64,000 nucleotides of DNA from Squalus acanthias (lineage: Eukaryota). The notes beneath the pieces are model-generated. The model searched no databases and was not told the origin of the DNA. It worked only from the letters and a program-made list of their open reading frames with translations. Positions 1 through 12,962 of the stretch are shown piece after piece. The stretch's first letter is position 1. Each line of letters begins with the position of its first letter. A program made the translations under genes and the position numbers. Location: assembly GCA_030390025.1 (NCBI GenBank), contig CM059438.1, positions 70,990,001 through 71,054,000 on the forward strand. Reading direction: 5' to 3'.

Positions 1-744
1 CTCCAAGTTTGGTATCAACTAATCACCACTTCTTGATTTACCTTATCTTCTTTTCAACCTTGGTGGTGTCCTGCACATTTGGCCTCGGCTCCTCACCTAG
101 ATTACCCAATTTAAAAAAGTCACTAACATCAAAAAGCAACAACTTATTGTATAAATTCTCTCCCCCCCACCCCCCACCCCCCTCCCCCACCACAGCCCTC
201 CTTAATGGACAACGTGGTGGATAATGGACAGAGATTTTGGATCACCTTGGCTGACTGCTAAAGAATTGAGGGAAGCCAATATTTCCCCAATGTGGTGATG
301 GTTGTGCTTGACAGCAGCAGGAAATTCCAGGGGTAAATACGGGGAATCTGAAATGCTTAATTGTCAATCTATCCCATGGATCTGCATTTGCTCTGTGAAA
401 ATTTTGAGAGATAGGCACTTGATGCAAACAGTACTCCTATCTCCTCCTCTTAAGAGGCACGTTTGTAAGCCATTAAAGAAGACTGGAACTTCGAGTAATT
501 CAAATGAAGCCTGTGCATAGAGGCAGCATCCCATCAATATTCCCAGATTTCTACATTTCCAGACCCTTCCAGCATCAGGAAGAGGAGGCACTTCTCCATG
601 TAGCCTTCTCTCTTATCGAGTGAAGTGGGCCCAAGAAAGTTTTATTATTGTTAACCAAAAGCTTCCTGCCTCTGTAGAAATTGAATTGTTTTTAAATTGT
701 AAATACGATGTTGCAGAGTAGAGGTAGGTACATATACTCCTGCG

Positions 745-872
745 CAATGTTTCCTTCTAAGCCGCACGGCCGCGCAGTGAAAGCCAAGGACCCGCGCAGG
801 CCGCTAACTGGCTTTTCCATTGTAAATACCGCCCATGCGCAGAAATTTAAAGAAAGAGGCCGCGCAGGGAAC
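745..872. mobile_element. Partial copy of short hAT-like MITE family (CAATGTTCCCT-type ends)
   Basis: Starts caatgtttccttctaagc; GC-rich gcgc/catgcgc interior resembles the copies at 7034 and 63917. Confidence 0.45.
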
Positions 873-2624
873 AGGCAGCTTACGCCTGCTCCTGAGCAGA
901 GTTGAGACCTCCCATGTTCTTTTTCTTATTTGTTGGATCTTTATCTCGCACTCGAGGTGCTTTTCACTTTTGCGTTTATTTTGGGATCCTGCTTTGGGAG
1001 AATGATCTGTGTGGGCTGCCCCTGCTCTTGGGCTGCATTTTGGGAGCGCTGCTGTACTATGCTGCACGATACAGAGACTGGTTTCCAGTGTCCACTTCAC
1101 AGACGTCAGCTCCCTTAATCCCAACGGAATATTCTCGGGGATAGACACTCATTCCCAATCAGACCTCCGCAACTCCTGAGGAGACCCACTTCGTTGTCCC
1201 ACGTTACTTTGTAATAAAGAGGATTAGCGTCTAATGGATATTGAGGTGGCACATTAGCGTTCAACAGTGTGGAGAAAGGACACCAGTAACTGATAAGAGA
1301 AATTCACCTTAACTTTGCTAAAGTGTGATGATGCAACATTTTACAAAGTTATTGCGAGGGCATGTTAATGCTCAAAGATGAACCAAAAAATGCTGGTTGA
1401 TTGGGCTCTTGCAACATAAGGAGGTTAAAAGAGGAAGCCTCTTCGATAGAAGAAGAGGCCAAGGTTGTGTATTGGAAGGACGTTACACAAGAAGAAAAAA
1501 GTTGTATAAATACTGCATAGTAAATTAGAAGGGATTAGTGGATTAGCCCAAAGCTGAGGGCTACTTGCTGCTCATGTGTCAATAGAACTAGCAATAAGCC
1601 TAATAACAAGGCCACGCTGGGTCATGTCAATGCTAAAAGTGTCAAGAACAGCATATGTTGGGCTTATTGTGTAGAGTTAAGGATGTTAAACATGCTTTTG
1701 TTATGATTAGTTGAGGGACTTATACCTGTAATGCTGAACTTGCTACGCCATGACATAAATTGAACTTAATTGATACAGAGCTGAAGAGGTATTTCACAAT
1801 TATATTATAGGAAGATGATTAGGACATAAAATGGTGCCATTAAAATGAATTGGTTTGACTAGGTTTACCCCATCCCCTAAACTGTGAAAGGAACCTTTGA
1901 AGAAACCTAAAGCAGGTTTTACAGGGAGAGGCTGGGGTCTTTTCCTTTTACTGTCTCTACTGGTTGATTAATAAGAGCTACCGTTGAAGCGTGAAAAGCA
2001 GACAGATCCTGTACGCCTGGATGGAAGTCAGAACCTTTGATATTGTCAAATGTTCTGTAGAGACCCTCGACTTTTCCGCTCCAATTGACTTTTTTCAACA
2101 TTTGTATCATTCGGCATTATAAATTTCTTTCACTGCTTGGAGCTTGGGACATTTTCGAGCACAGTCCATAAATAGTCATGTGGCTGCAATCGTAAATCTT
2201 CCACAGAAGATTAAAATAATATGTTCAATGTTTGATAAATAAAACAAAAATGGTTACTTTTTGTCAGACTTTGATCCCTGTGCACACAGTGAGGGGGTAT
2301 TCACTGACAGACATGTGACCCCTGATGAATTTTGGTTGTCAGTTACTGTATCTGTAGCTGTGCGTCTGTCTGCTCACACATTGCAGTCAATAAGAACGTG
2401 ACAAACCTATTCACCCTGCTCCAATGTTTTTTTTGTTCTAATCAGCTTTCATTTAAGCAACTGTAAAAACTATTACTGCAATAAATAATCAATTGGTTCT
2501 GCTTGCGCGGAGGGAGTGCTCCACTCTGAGGTGCTGTCTTTTGGATGAGATGTTAAACCGAGACCCCATTTACCTGTTTAGGTGGGCATAAACAATTCTA
2601 TAACAACAACAATACCCACTATAT

Positions 2625-2895
2625 TAAGACAACTTGCATTTTTATAGCCCCGCTCCTGCTCACATCCTACAGAGTTGAACAAGGGTGAAAGGATGATGTC
2701 AAGCAGGAGACTGCTTGAAGAGAAATGCCTTTAAGGGGCTTTTGAAGGAAAGGAGAGATATAGTAAGAGAAAGTGGTTTTGTGAGAGTGTCGTAATGGCT
2801 TAAAGAACATCCTCTGCTAATAAAGTGGAGAGGACATGGAACAAGCAGTAATCCATTGTCAGAAGAGGGGAGGGTGGACATAAGGCTGGAGATCA
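2625..2895 (-). mobile_element. Degenerate L2-type LINE/SINE 3' end
   Basis: acaacttgcatttttatagc tail (reverse complement of gctatataaatgcaagttgt), followed by sequence similar to the reverse complement of 10730-11290. Confidence 0.5.
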
Positions 2896-3361
2896 TTTCT
2901 TTAGATATTATATGTCCTCAATGCCTCTGATTTATGCTTTTCTTATCCCATGCCTAAAGTTCTTGTTTCAAAAAAAATATTGTGAGCCGTACTTTGATTG
3001 TGTGAAAGTGTTTGAGCCTTTGATTAAGGATAGAATAAAGGATTATTTGGAAGGATGGGAGCTGTTTAGAGATAACTAGCATGAGTTGAATAGAGGCAGG
3101 TCACATCTGCCCAATTTACTTTGAGAAGTTTTCAGATCTGGTGGATAAGGGTGAGGCAGTGATATTATCTATCTGGATTTCAGAAAGGCATTCAACATCA
3201 TCCCTCAGGCTGATTCACAAGGTGCATGGCCATGGAACAAATGTCAAAAGTATTCGGCTGGTTTGATGTGTGGCTGAAAAGTACGTATCAAAAAATGGTG
3301 GTGTGTGGGAAGGTGTCTGAGTTGCCAGTGGAGTCCCCCAGAGGTAGGTTATTTAGCATTG

Positions 3362-3826
3362 ACTTAGCCGTGGCTCAGTTCGTAGCACTCTCGCCTCTGA
3401 ATCAGAAGGTTGTGGGTTCAAGTCCCACTCCAGAGACTCGAGCACAAAAATCTAGGCTGACACTCCAGTGCAGTACTGAGAGAATGCTGCACTGTTGGAG
3501 GTGCCGTCTTTCAAATGAGACGTTAAACCGAGGCCCCGTCTGCTCTCTCAGGTGGACATAAAAGATCCTCTGGCATTATATCAAAGAGGAGCAGGGGAGT
3601 TACCCCCGTGTCCTAGCCAATATTATCCCTCAGTTAACATCTAAAGCAGGTTACCTGGTCATTATCACATTGCTGTTTGTGGGAGCTTGCTGTGCGCAAA
3701 TTGGCTGCTGCATTTCCTACATTAGAACAGTGACTACACTTAAGTACAAAACGTACTTCATTGGCTGTAAAGCGCTTTGGGATGTCCAGTGGTCGTGAAA
3801 GGCGCTATATAAATGCAAGTCATCTT
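3362..3826 (+). mobile_element. tRNA-derived Deu-domain SINE (SacSINE1/AmnSINE-like), near full length
   Basis: A box gtggctcagttcgtagc; B box ggttcaagtccc; Deu-type core gatgagacgttaaaccgaggccccgtctgc; tail aaggcgctatataaatgcaagt. Confidence 0.85.
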
Positions 3827-4349
3827 TTTAAGCCAACAGAATATTGTCCAAGGTGTCCTAAGTTTGTAGACGACACCAAACTGGTGGATGATGTTAGCTT
3901 GCAACAGTCCCAAGGGATCTGAAGAGATTCGGTCCATGGGAAGGGAGGTGGTAGATGAAGTTCAACACAGATAAGGGTAATGCCATGCATTAGGTAGAAG
4001 ATTACATGTTAAATGTCAAGGTGCTTGAGGTAACCGAGCATTAAAGTAAGCTGGGTGCTTTGGTGGAGAGGCCTTTAAAACTGTCAGTTTGCTGTTCACA
4101 GGTGTGAAAGAAATCAAATAAAATGTTAGGATGTAGAGCTAAGGATGTGGTTTATAATTCTAAGGAGGTGATGTTGAAGTTCTAGCCGTCCTCAGTCACT
4201 CCACATCTGGAGTACTGTGTTCAGTTTTCGTTCCTAGTAGAGGAGAGATGCTAAATTATTGGAGGAGGGCCAGAAGAAAACTATGAGGCTGATTGGATGA
4301 AGTGAGATGGCTAAGTTATAAGGAAAGATTGTCCACCTTGGGACTGATC

Positions 4350-4382
<33 letters not shown>
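4350..4382 (+). repeat. (CT)n microsatellite
   Basis: Run of ctctct dinucleotides. Confidence 0.9.
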
Positions 4383-5676
4383 AGAAGAGGATGAGGGGGA
4401 CTTTATGATCGAGGTTTTTAAGCTTTTAATTGTCATGGAAAATTTAGATCCAGGAAAAGTCTTCTGTCTGGTGATGGATTTGAGGACTGAGGGATGCAGT
4501 TTAAAGTTAAGGGTGTCAAAAGACCATAGGAAACATAAGCAATATTTTTTGGAATGATAGAACTATGAAACAGTTCACTGTGAACAGAAAATCAGGACAA
4601 CTTCTTTTTTTTTTTAAAAAGCATGGATTAATTCCTATTCGGAAAAAGGCGCAAGTGGATTAGTTCCAAAATGACGTATGGTGGTTTCAAAAGGTAGGCT
4701 GGATGAAACGATAGTCTTCTCCTGCTCAGAACATTAGCATGTTACTATAGTGATAAAAATCCTTCTTTAGTATTCATGTTCTGTTCCCTCGTATGCTCTG
4801 GGCTGCAGCACAGTGCACGTAATGCATGCAGTGTGCATTCAGGTCTGATAACTGCGTAAACATGTGTTCAAGAGCATATTGCTCCAATGGGCTGCAGCTG
4901 TGCTCCACTCCTGTAATTCAAGGGGCGTTTATAAACAGCCAGTCAGAGCCGACACTCCGAAAGACATAAGGGAGTCTTTCAGGGGAAGTCAGTAGGACAG
5001 TGTTTACCCATGAAAAATGCTGAAAGCAAGAACACTCATTTCTTTTTTTCTAAAGAGCTACAATCCATGCCAGATGGTTTCGAATATTCACAACAATTAA
5101 TCTCGGGTTTCGAAAAAGTACTAACAAGATTTTCGCTTGACTATTTTTTTCTCTCCAAAGCAAATGACCGGGATCCATAAACAGACAAACAAAATTGGCA
5201 GAGCTACGTGAAGAACATGTAAGCCCCCTCGGTTTCCATAGCGCCCTAAAATTTCATGCTATTACAAACCCGGCCACTTAAAACACCACGTTTAAAACGG
5301 ACAGTCGCTTATATTGGCCGAAAAGCGCTAACCATCAGCCATTTGTATTAACGTCAATTTCAAAGTTGCCGGTTACAGCGTCTTAAGTCTTCCATTTATT
5401 TCGGGCAGAAACAGCTGTGCTTCCTCACGAGTTTGCACCTCGTTAAGGTGCATAGAAAGCAAGAACAAGCATAAGTAAATAGCACCTCGTTAATGTTCAG
5501 TTGACCCTTTTCCAGAATCATCCCTTTGATATTGTATGAGGGAAGTACACATGAAAAACTGGCGCAGGCTTTCTGAGAAAAATAATTAGACGCCTGGGTT
5601 GTTTAACTGGTTGTTCGGTGATGGAGTTAAGATTTGTGTGTTTTTTTCCCTCCTCTCTGGAACTTGCTGAGATGCT

Positions 5677-5913
5677 CTACCTGGTAATGGTTTGTTTGTG
5701 AAGGACGGGTCCTGCTCCCTGCTTCTCCAGTGTCCTGATGACTGCGGCCAGGGGGAGGTTGGCTCTGCGGAGCGCGCGGTCCTTGGTCGGGTTGAGCGTC
5801 TGGCAGGAAGGAGGTTCGTTCAGGGAGCTGCGGTGCCGATGAGCGATGACAACATTCTCGGTATACAGCGCTGCCACATTATACCGGCCATCGCGTTCGC
5901 ACGAACGCGCCCG
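5677..5913 (-). other. Candidate alternative exon or unexplained coding-like segment (78 codons plus stop)
   Basis: AG at 5915-5914 after a pyrimidine-rich stretch; phase-0 open frame to TAG at 5679-5677; 54 of 78 codons end in G/C; CpG-rich; AATAAA on the minus strand at 5400-5395. No recognised homology. Confidence 0.3.
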
Positions 5914-5954
5914 CTATAAGCGGTGGGGACTGTACAAGCGTCGTCACAGAAAAA

Positions 5955-6265
5955 AGGACTTGCGCTTGTATATTGACTTATCAGGTCTTCCACAAACGTC
6001 CCAAAGCACTTTCATGTATAATTAATTACTTCAAAATGTAGTAACTAAATATGTGTAAGCGCAACACCTAATCTACGCACAGCAAGATCCCACAAACAGC
6101 AAAGAGATGAATGTCATTTTTTTTTTGGTGGTGTTGATTGATGGAGCAGTATTGACCAGGACACTGGGAGAAACTCTACTCTTCTTAGAACAGTGCCATG
6201 CAAGCTTTAGCCTCCACCTATGTAACCACCAGAGAGGCAGACAGGACTTTGGTTTAGTCTGATCC
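5955..6265 (-). mobile_element. Degenerate Deu-type SINE fragment
   Basis: Similar to the reverse complement of the 3' part of the 3362 SINE (cagcaagatcccacaaacagcaa, ccaggacactgggaga). Confidence 0.65.
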
Positions 6266-7033
6266 ATAGGACGTGAGGGGCATATTTTTCACTGCCGTTT
6301 GTTTCTTTGATGTTTATCTTTTACAAATAGGGTTGTCACCGTTTGCTGAGATGAAACTAGACAGATGCTGAGATAGGATCGAGGGATGGGGTGGGATTAG
6401 GGTGCGAGTTCTGAGATTTGCTTTGTTGCTGATGAACGTTCAGTGAAAACCTTAACAACCTCAATAATTATGCTTTTACATCAGGAGTAAATTGGAAAAA
6501 AAAATTGACCTTTGTTTAAAATACAGACACTTAACCTTTGGTTTACAGCTTCGAAGTTTACAGACAGCCCACTGGAAAACTGGACTGTCTAACCAAAAGC
6601 AGACAGGTGTCATCCTTATCACAGAAATGATGTGTTATTTGTGATCGGTTCGACACAACTACTGGCACACAGACGTGCACGCACTTAGAAATACTTTAAA
6701 GTGCTTCACTCTCTTCCCCACCACCCTCGGGAAGACTTCCTTTGTGTGCTCAATGTGGCAAAATCGAAAAGGTATTTTACTACACTTAACGTACACTTAA
6801 CAAAACTTCGCTCGTTTTTGGGGGCTTTTGGCGAAAGCGTAGGTTGCATTTATATTGCAAGTGTAGCGTTGGTGGAAAACAGTTTCACTTCATAGCAGCG
6901 CTGCAGTTGGAGTGTAAATGCAGCCTAAATTCTGAGTCAGGGCTTGACCTGATACGGCAGCACAGTAGAGTGAGAGTCTCTGGAGGAGGGAGTCTCATTC
7001 TGCCTCACTTCAGCTTCAGTTTGGGGTTATCAC

Positions 7034-7208
7034 TAATGTTCCCTGTCATTTTTTGGGGGGGCCGCGCGGCCCCTTTAACGGGCTGCGAGGCCCATTCAAA
7101 AGTTCACGCATGCGCGTTTTTTTTCAATTTAAAAGCCTGTTCACTGGCTGCACGGGACCCCTGGAGCGCTGGGCGACTGTGTGGCTGCGCAGCTTAAAGG
7201 GACCATTG
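7034..7208. mobile_element. Short hAT-like MITE
   Basis: TIRs (t/c)aatgttccct ... agggaccattg; interior shared with the copies at 15752, 43143 and 63917. Confidence 0.7.
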
Positions 7209-7355
7209 GTATCATCTGATTACATAACACAAATTCCATGTCGGTGCGAAGCCGAAATCATTTCTTTCTAATTTATTGGCCTGAGGCATTCCTCTTTTTA
7301 TTTTTCCAAAACTCCTTCTGGGTTGAAACCGCTACACCTGATTATTTTTTTTTAA

Positions 7356-7819
7356 AAGAAAGACTTGCATTTATATAGCGCCTTTCACGACCACCGGACG
7401 TCTCAAAGCACTTTACAGCCAATGAAGTACTTTTTGAAGTGTAGTCACTGTTGTAATGTGGGAAACGCGGCAGCCAATTTGCGCACAGCAAGCTCCCACA
7501 AACAGCAATGTGATAATGACCAGATAATCTGTTTTTGTTATGTTGGTTGAAGGATAAATATTGGCCAGGACACCGGGGATAACTCCCCTGCTCTTCTTCG
7601 AAATAGTGCCATGGGATCTTTTACACCCACCTGAGAGAGCAGACGGGGCCTCGGTTTAACGTCTCGTCCGAAAGACGGCACCTCTGACAGTGCAACACTC
7701 CCTCAGCACTGCATTGGAGTGTCGGCCTAGCTTTATGTGCTCAAGTCCCTGGAGTGGGACTTGAACCCACAACCTTCTGACTGAGAGGCGAGCGTGCTAC
7801 CCACTGAGCCACAGCTGAC
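7356..7819 (-). mobile_element. tRNA-derived Deu-domain SINE, full length, well preserved
   Basis: Reverse-complement match to 3362-3826 along its whole length, including the A and B boxes. Confidence 0.88.
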
Positions 7820-8302
7820 ACGGAAAGGAAGATTAATCGAAGTAGAAGATCACGCAGCTCTATCCCAGAGTATGCCAAGTTGAGATGATGTAGAGACTCG
7901 GCTGAATCCCTCCCTATCCCCATAACGGGCCTATGCTGGGACGGAATGCAAGCCGTTAATTGATCAGGCATTCACTGAGTGCAGGAAGGATTAAAAAGAG
8001 GGATGATTTGTGCACATCTGGCTCCTGTTGATCCCATTTTTTTTCTATTTCCTGTTCTTCCACAGGGAAGAATCCTTACTGACCTTTCTTGCTAAATTAA
8101 TTGAGGCTTCTTCTAAGCTGCTAAATGTGTAACTTGTTTAAAGCGGATTCTTTATCCAATTATGTTTTAAATAAGGGAATCATTTCCTTACATGTTATTC
8201 TACAAGTAAACGATAGACTCTCCTAAGATATACCCTAAACCGCATTTCGCTTTTTTGAATAGTGTATTAAGTGTGGTAAATTCCACAATACTTATTACTA
8301 AG

Positions 8303-8730
8303 TGTTAGCTTGACTCAGTGGTAGCATTCTCAGTGAGTAACTGAGAAGGCTGTAGTTTAAGCCCCACTGCAGGTCTTGAGACTGACACTCCAGTGCAGCA
8401 CTGTGGGAGAGATGCATTAACAGGTCTTCTCCTTCAGATGAGGCATTAAAGTGAAGCCCTGTTTGTCAGATCACGTAGATGTAATAGATCCCCTTGCACT
8501 ATTTCAAGAAGAGCAGGAAATTCTCTTGGTGTTTTGGGCAACCAATGCCATCAAAAACTGATGAACTGGCAAGTTATCTTATTGATGTTTGCAAGATCTG
8601 GTTCTGCTCAAAATGGCTGCCGTTTACCAATGCAAGAACAGGCACTTGCATTACGAAGCCATTTATTGTATCTGACGGGATTTGTGATATTACTAAAATA
8701 ATGATGAGGTGCACTATCAATACAAAATAC
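8303..8730 (+). mobile_element. Degenerate Deu-type SINE
   Basis: ttgactcagtggtagcattctc head; ctgacactccagtgcagcactg; ttcagatgaggcattaaa core. Confidence 0.7.
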
Positions 8731-9840
8731 CTGATTAGAAACTAACTCACCTGTCGGCAGTGGGGTGGGTTTGGGTTGGATGTCCGTTTTACATGATTTT
8801 ATGCTCTATTGACTCCGTCCCGAGCTCGCCCTGTTCCCGCCAGCCTGCTTAGGTTAAAATCGGGACTAATACTTTCCTTCGTTTTGTCAAAACTTTTTTT
8901 ATTGCCCCAGTTTTGATTTTGTGCCTGAGGGAACAGGAATAGTTGGAGATGCCATTTTTGATCCAATCCCAAAGAATTTCCTGATTTGGCCATGTGGTTT
9001 TCGACTTCTTTCTTCTGGTGATGGGGTCTGACTCCCCCCAGGACAATGCCCTGCTCCCTCCGTCTCCCCCCCCCCCCCCACCCCCAATCACAAAACCTCG
9101 TATCGCATCCCACAGTTCTGTGCCATTGTGCACTGTTTCTCAAGCTAGCTGCACATGAGGTTGACCACGTTTGCATAATGGGGAACCAGCAGAGAATGCT
9201 ATCTTCACCAGAGCAGTGCCTCCTTTGAAGAAGTTCGTACTTTGTTCTGAGCTTTTTGAGTTTCACCTGATCATATGTAGTGCTTCCATTATTTCTGTCG
9301 GTTTGGAATTCTGAAATTCCCATCATTTTGTGAAGGCCTCAGATCAAAAATAATGAGAGAGGTTTGTTGTGGAGCAACTACAAAGTCCAATTTTAGGAGG
9401 GCCGGGGGGAGGGGGGCGGGGGTGCGGTGCGCGGAGTGGGTGAGGGGGAAGAAAAACTCTAAATCCTGAGCAGAAAAATTTATGGCATTTCAGTTCCATA
9501 GTATTCATAAAACTTAATGGCCCACTTATCTCATGGGAGCTAAATAAAACATCATATGGGTCGACTCTTTTTTCCCCTCTCTAAGTTGCTATATATCCTT
9601 ATAATAGCTTAAAGGTACTTTAAGTTTGTCCTAATGATGCATCCATCAATTTCTTACCTGTATCTATAAAATTTAACGAGGACATTTGGCAATGCTGTGA
9701 AATATAGTCAAAGGTGACTCATTAATATTTTTTGGTCCAAATACTTGGGAGAAAGGGTCAGAGGGCACAACGCATAAGTACACTGCAGTAAACACATGGC
9801 CGAAAATACGTTTTACGAAGCAGCTCTGAAGGATTCTAAC

Positions 9841-9939
9841 CTTTTTGGTTATGACCGTTGAAGCACAGCAGTCACCGCCATCATAACTGCAGTAGGCTCT
9901 GTTGTTATTTCCATCGCAATAGTTGTCCCCCACGAAAGT
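9841..9939 (-). CDS. PAPPA: PAPPA penultimate exon (99 nt; LNR3)
   Basis: Acceptor tagcag, donor gttaga. Translates [33 protein letters not shown], the Lin12/Notch repeat signature GDNYCD...DGGDCC. Phase 0 to 0. Confidence 0.96.
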
Positions 9940-10729
9940 CTGCTATGGCAATAAAAACAATAGGAATTAAAATCTGTAGCGTTTGCAAAGAAACTAGCTC
10001 TTGTCTTTCAGAATTTTGCGCTTATCAAAGTGAGGGACGACTTTTGCAGACGGCACTCCCTGCGAGCCCCCATCCCCCCCAATTTTTAGATCTGATAGCA
10101 GTGTTAAGATGTAAAGTCTGGCTTCTCCGTGAGCTGCACAGTTTTGTGCCAGTTTTTTGCACTAAATTATGTGTAGTTGGAGTTGCATCCAATGGGAATT
10201 TGAGTGAGCCTGTCCAAATTTATTTCACTTAAGTTAACCTCTTTAGTTGTAAGGGGCCTACCCTCTCATAGATTCAAACCCAAGCCACATATATTTGAGA
10301 GGGGAGTGCTGCTTCAGGCAGGCCCCTATTGTTTTAACTGGCAACGTTATTTACATTCTGCATTTTAAATGAATCTCCATTAATATTCTTCCCATTGTGT
10401 TCGTACAGGAGCGTCCTATTCGGCCTTTTGTATTGGCCGGATAGGATTTTAACCGCCAAAAATTCCCATGAAAGTGACACGTCTGTTTTACTGGAACAGG
10501 TTTAACTGCCAACAAGAGTATTTTTCAAATTCTTAGTGACTAAAAATGTACGATTATCCTCTGCAGTTTAATGCAGGGGGTTGTATTTTGGAGGAAATTT
10601 TAAAAGGAAATTGGCGTGAACGTTGGAAGTGATGGACTCAACCAACATTGATAGTTTCAGTGTAGAACATTTGTAAGCTGTTCAGTGATTTGCATTCTGA
10701 ATTTTAAAGTGGAGGAAATTGACTTGGGG

Positions 10730-11290
10730 ATTGACTATTCCAATGCTCTCCTGGCCGGCCTCCCATCTTCCACCCTTCATAAACTTAAGCTCATCCAAAA
10801 CTCTGTTGCCCGTATCCGAACTTACACCAAGTCCCGTTCGTCCATCACGCCTGTCCTTGCTGACCTACATTGACTCCCGGTTGATCAACGCCTCAAATAT
10901 AAAATTCTGATTCTTGTTTTCAGATCCCTCCATGGCCTTGCCCCCTCCCTATCTCTGTAACCGTCCTCCAGCCCTACAACCCTCTGAGAACTCGCCATTC
11001 CTCCAATTCTGACCTCTTGTGCTTCCCCGACTTCCTTTGCCCCTCCATTGGTGGACATTCCTTCAGCTGTCTAGGCCCTGAGCTCTGGAATTCCATCCCT
11101 AAACCTCTCCGCCTCTCTCACTGTCTTTAAGACGCTCCTTCAAACCTATCTCTTTGACCAAGCTTTTGGTCACCTGTCCTAATGTCTCTTTCTTTGGCTT
11201 GGTGTCAGTTTTTATTTGTCTGACTATGCTCCTGTGAAGCGATTTGGGATGTTTTACTATGTTAAAGGCTCTATATAAATGCAAGTTTTT
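10730..11290 (+). mobile_element. L2 LINE 3' fragment
   Basis: Encodes [12 protein letters not shown]...[12 protein letters not shown]...ITPVLADLH (L2 ORF2 C-terminus); tail ctatataaatgcaagtt. Confidence 0.88.
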
Positions 11291-12962
11291 GGATGACGGG
11301 GACAATTCCATTGTTATTTTGCTTAGCCAAAATAAACAAAATTAAAGGATCAGTTTTAAGCGCGCTGGCCTTGTCTGTGGTATATGCTGCCTTTTTCACT
11401 CCATGATCAGGTATTGTCCCTTCCGCTTTTATATTGGTTTCTTGCTGTATTAATGCCACCAGCTCCTGACACACTTATTATGCACTGTGAGTGGCTGGCT
11501 GACCCGTTTCTTTAACTCGTTCTTCCTCGTGGCCAACCATGGTGAATCCAGCAAGGTTATTTGAAGGTGATGCCAACCATACAAGACACACGCACACTGG
11601 GAGTCATTTTGACTTTAGACGATATTGTAAAATGCGCTATAATCGGCTCGGCCACCCGTCAAACTCCGTTCCTCACTCTTGTTTCCAATGGAACCCCCAT
11701 TGAGGTTCAGCAGCACTAACGAGGCAAGAAACCATGGCGATGTCGGGTTGAGTGGCGTGCTAATGCTGTCGATTCCCAACACATGGGGACCACCCAGCCA
11801 GTAAACTTGCCAGATTTGCTAAAGCTGGCAGCCAGAAAGACCCAGACCAACACGCTCAATATAAAAATGGCAGAGCAAAGGGTAAGCCGCACAGGGTAGG
11901 TTAATTCATGGAGGGATGGAAGAAAAGGGGGAAAAAAGAGAGAAGAGATAAAAGGTGCGTGTGTATGTGTATATGTATGTAAATATATCACAGAGAGAGA
12001 CATATCCTGCAGCAAAAATGAAAGTAGACAGCAACTACTGTATTATAACAGACAATCACTTCTCTTAGTCAACAGAGCTCATTAATGATTCTGCTCAATG
12101 GACGGCACACTTTCACTGATATTTTGTGCCAAATCTCGGGTCAGAGAGTTCGGTGAGCCCATTTTGAATTTTTGGACTCCCTTTCACATTTGGATCAACA
12201 AGTAACTGCTAGCTCAGAGGCCGACTGGTGACGCATGCAGCAGTCATACACTTCAATCGTTAGCAAAGATTGCTTCCAGCGAAAAGTGGATCCTATTCCT
12301 GTAATAGCACGTTTTACTTCTTGGCTCCGAACATGTTGCTTTGCAATTTTTGATTGCTGTTTATGTTGCGTATTTCGGTTTGCTAAGTGATGTAAATCTG
12401 GAGATTCGCAATCCGCTACGATGTTCAGAGTCGGAGCTGTTTAATTATGACACTGCTAGCAGCTCGAACCATAAAAATGAACCCGCCTCGTAAGATCGAT
12501 GTAAATCCGCAAGGGTTGGACAATGCCACATAGTAACCATTTCAATATCTGCGTAGAACTGTATTTCTGAGATTTTTCTTTTTAAAAAAAGACCAAAATG
12601 GCGCTGGCTAAGCGGGGAGGATTTTTGATTTTGGTCCATCTGCTGCACAGCAGTGAGACATAGGATCACGAGATCTATACGGCACTTGGGAAGATCCTGG
12701 CTTCAATTTGAGGGCTGTGCGGAGTTAGCTGTTCTCAGCTGGGGTTGTAAAGGTGTTACAATTGGCCTCAGTGCCCCAGGACTTAGACAAGAAAACAATC
12801 AGGGAAGGTTCTCTATCTAGTGACTCCTGCTATCTTTGCACTGACATTGGGGTGCGACCAGGATTGGGATTGAATAGCGTTCCGGCAGTCACTTTCAAAG
12901 AATGGACACAGAGGTGAGGTGCTGGAAAGGGCCTGCAGAACTGTGGCCTGTTATTTGCGGGG

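Larger units (their letters stand above)
2985..4730 (+). mobile_element. Old, decayed CR1 LINE (RT and 3' end), interrupted by a SINE
   Basis: Frameshifted CR1 ORF2 motifs: IYLDFRKAFN at about 3166-3196, KFVDDTKL at about 3860-3884, PHLEYCVQF at about 4201-4228. Confidence 0.8.

Noticed and set aside
3365-3440. tRNA-like sequence (also about 7745-7819 on the minus strand)
   Set aside because: It is the head of a SINE continuing into Deu and L2-type domains; no complete cloverleaf.
9396-9450. G-run cluster with G-quadruplex potential near the LNR3 exon
   Set aside because: Similar G/C runs occur throughout the window (165-190, 9066-9085, 33878-33900); nothing singles this one out.
9673-9840. 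ORF-track extension of the LNR3 exon ([11 protein letters not shown]...)
   Set aside because: Read-through past the GT donor at 9840-9839; homology stops at ITKK.
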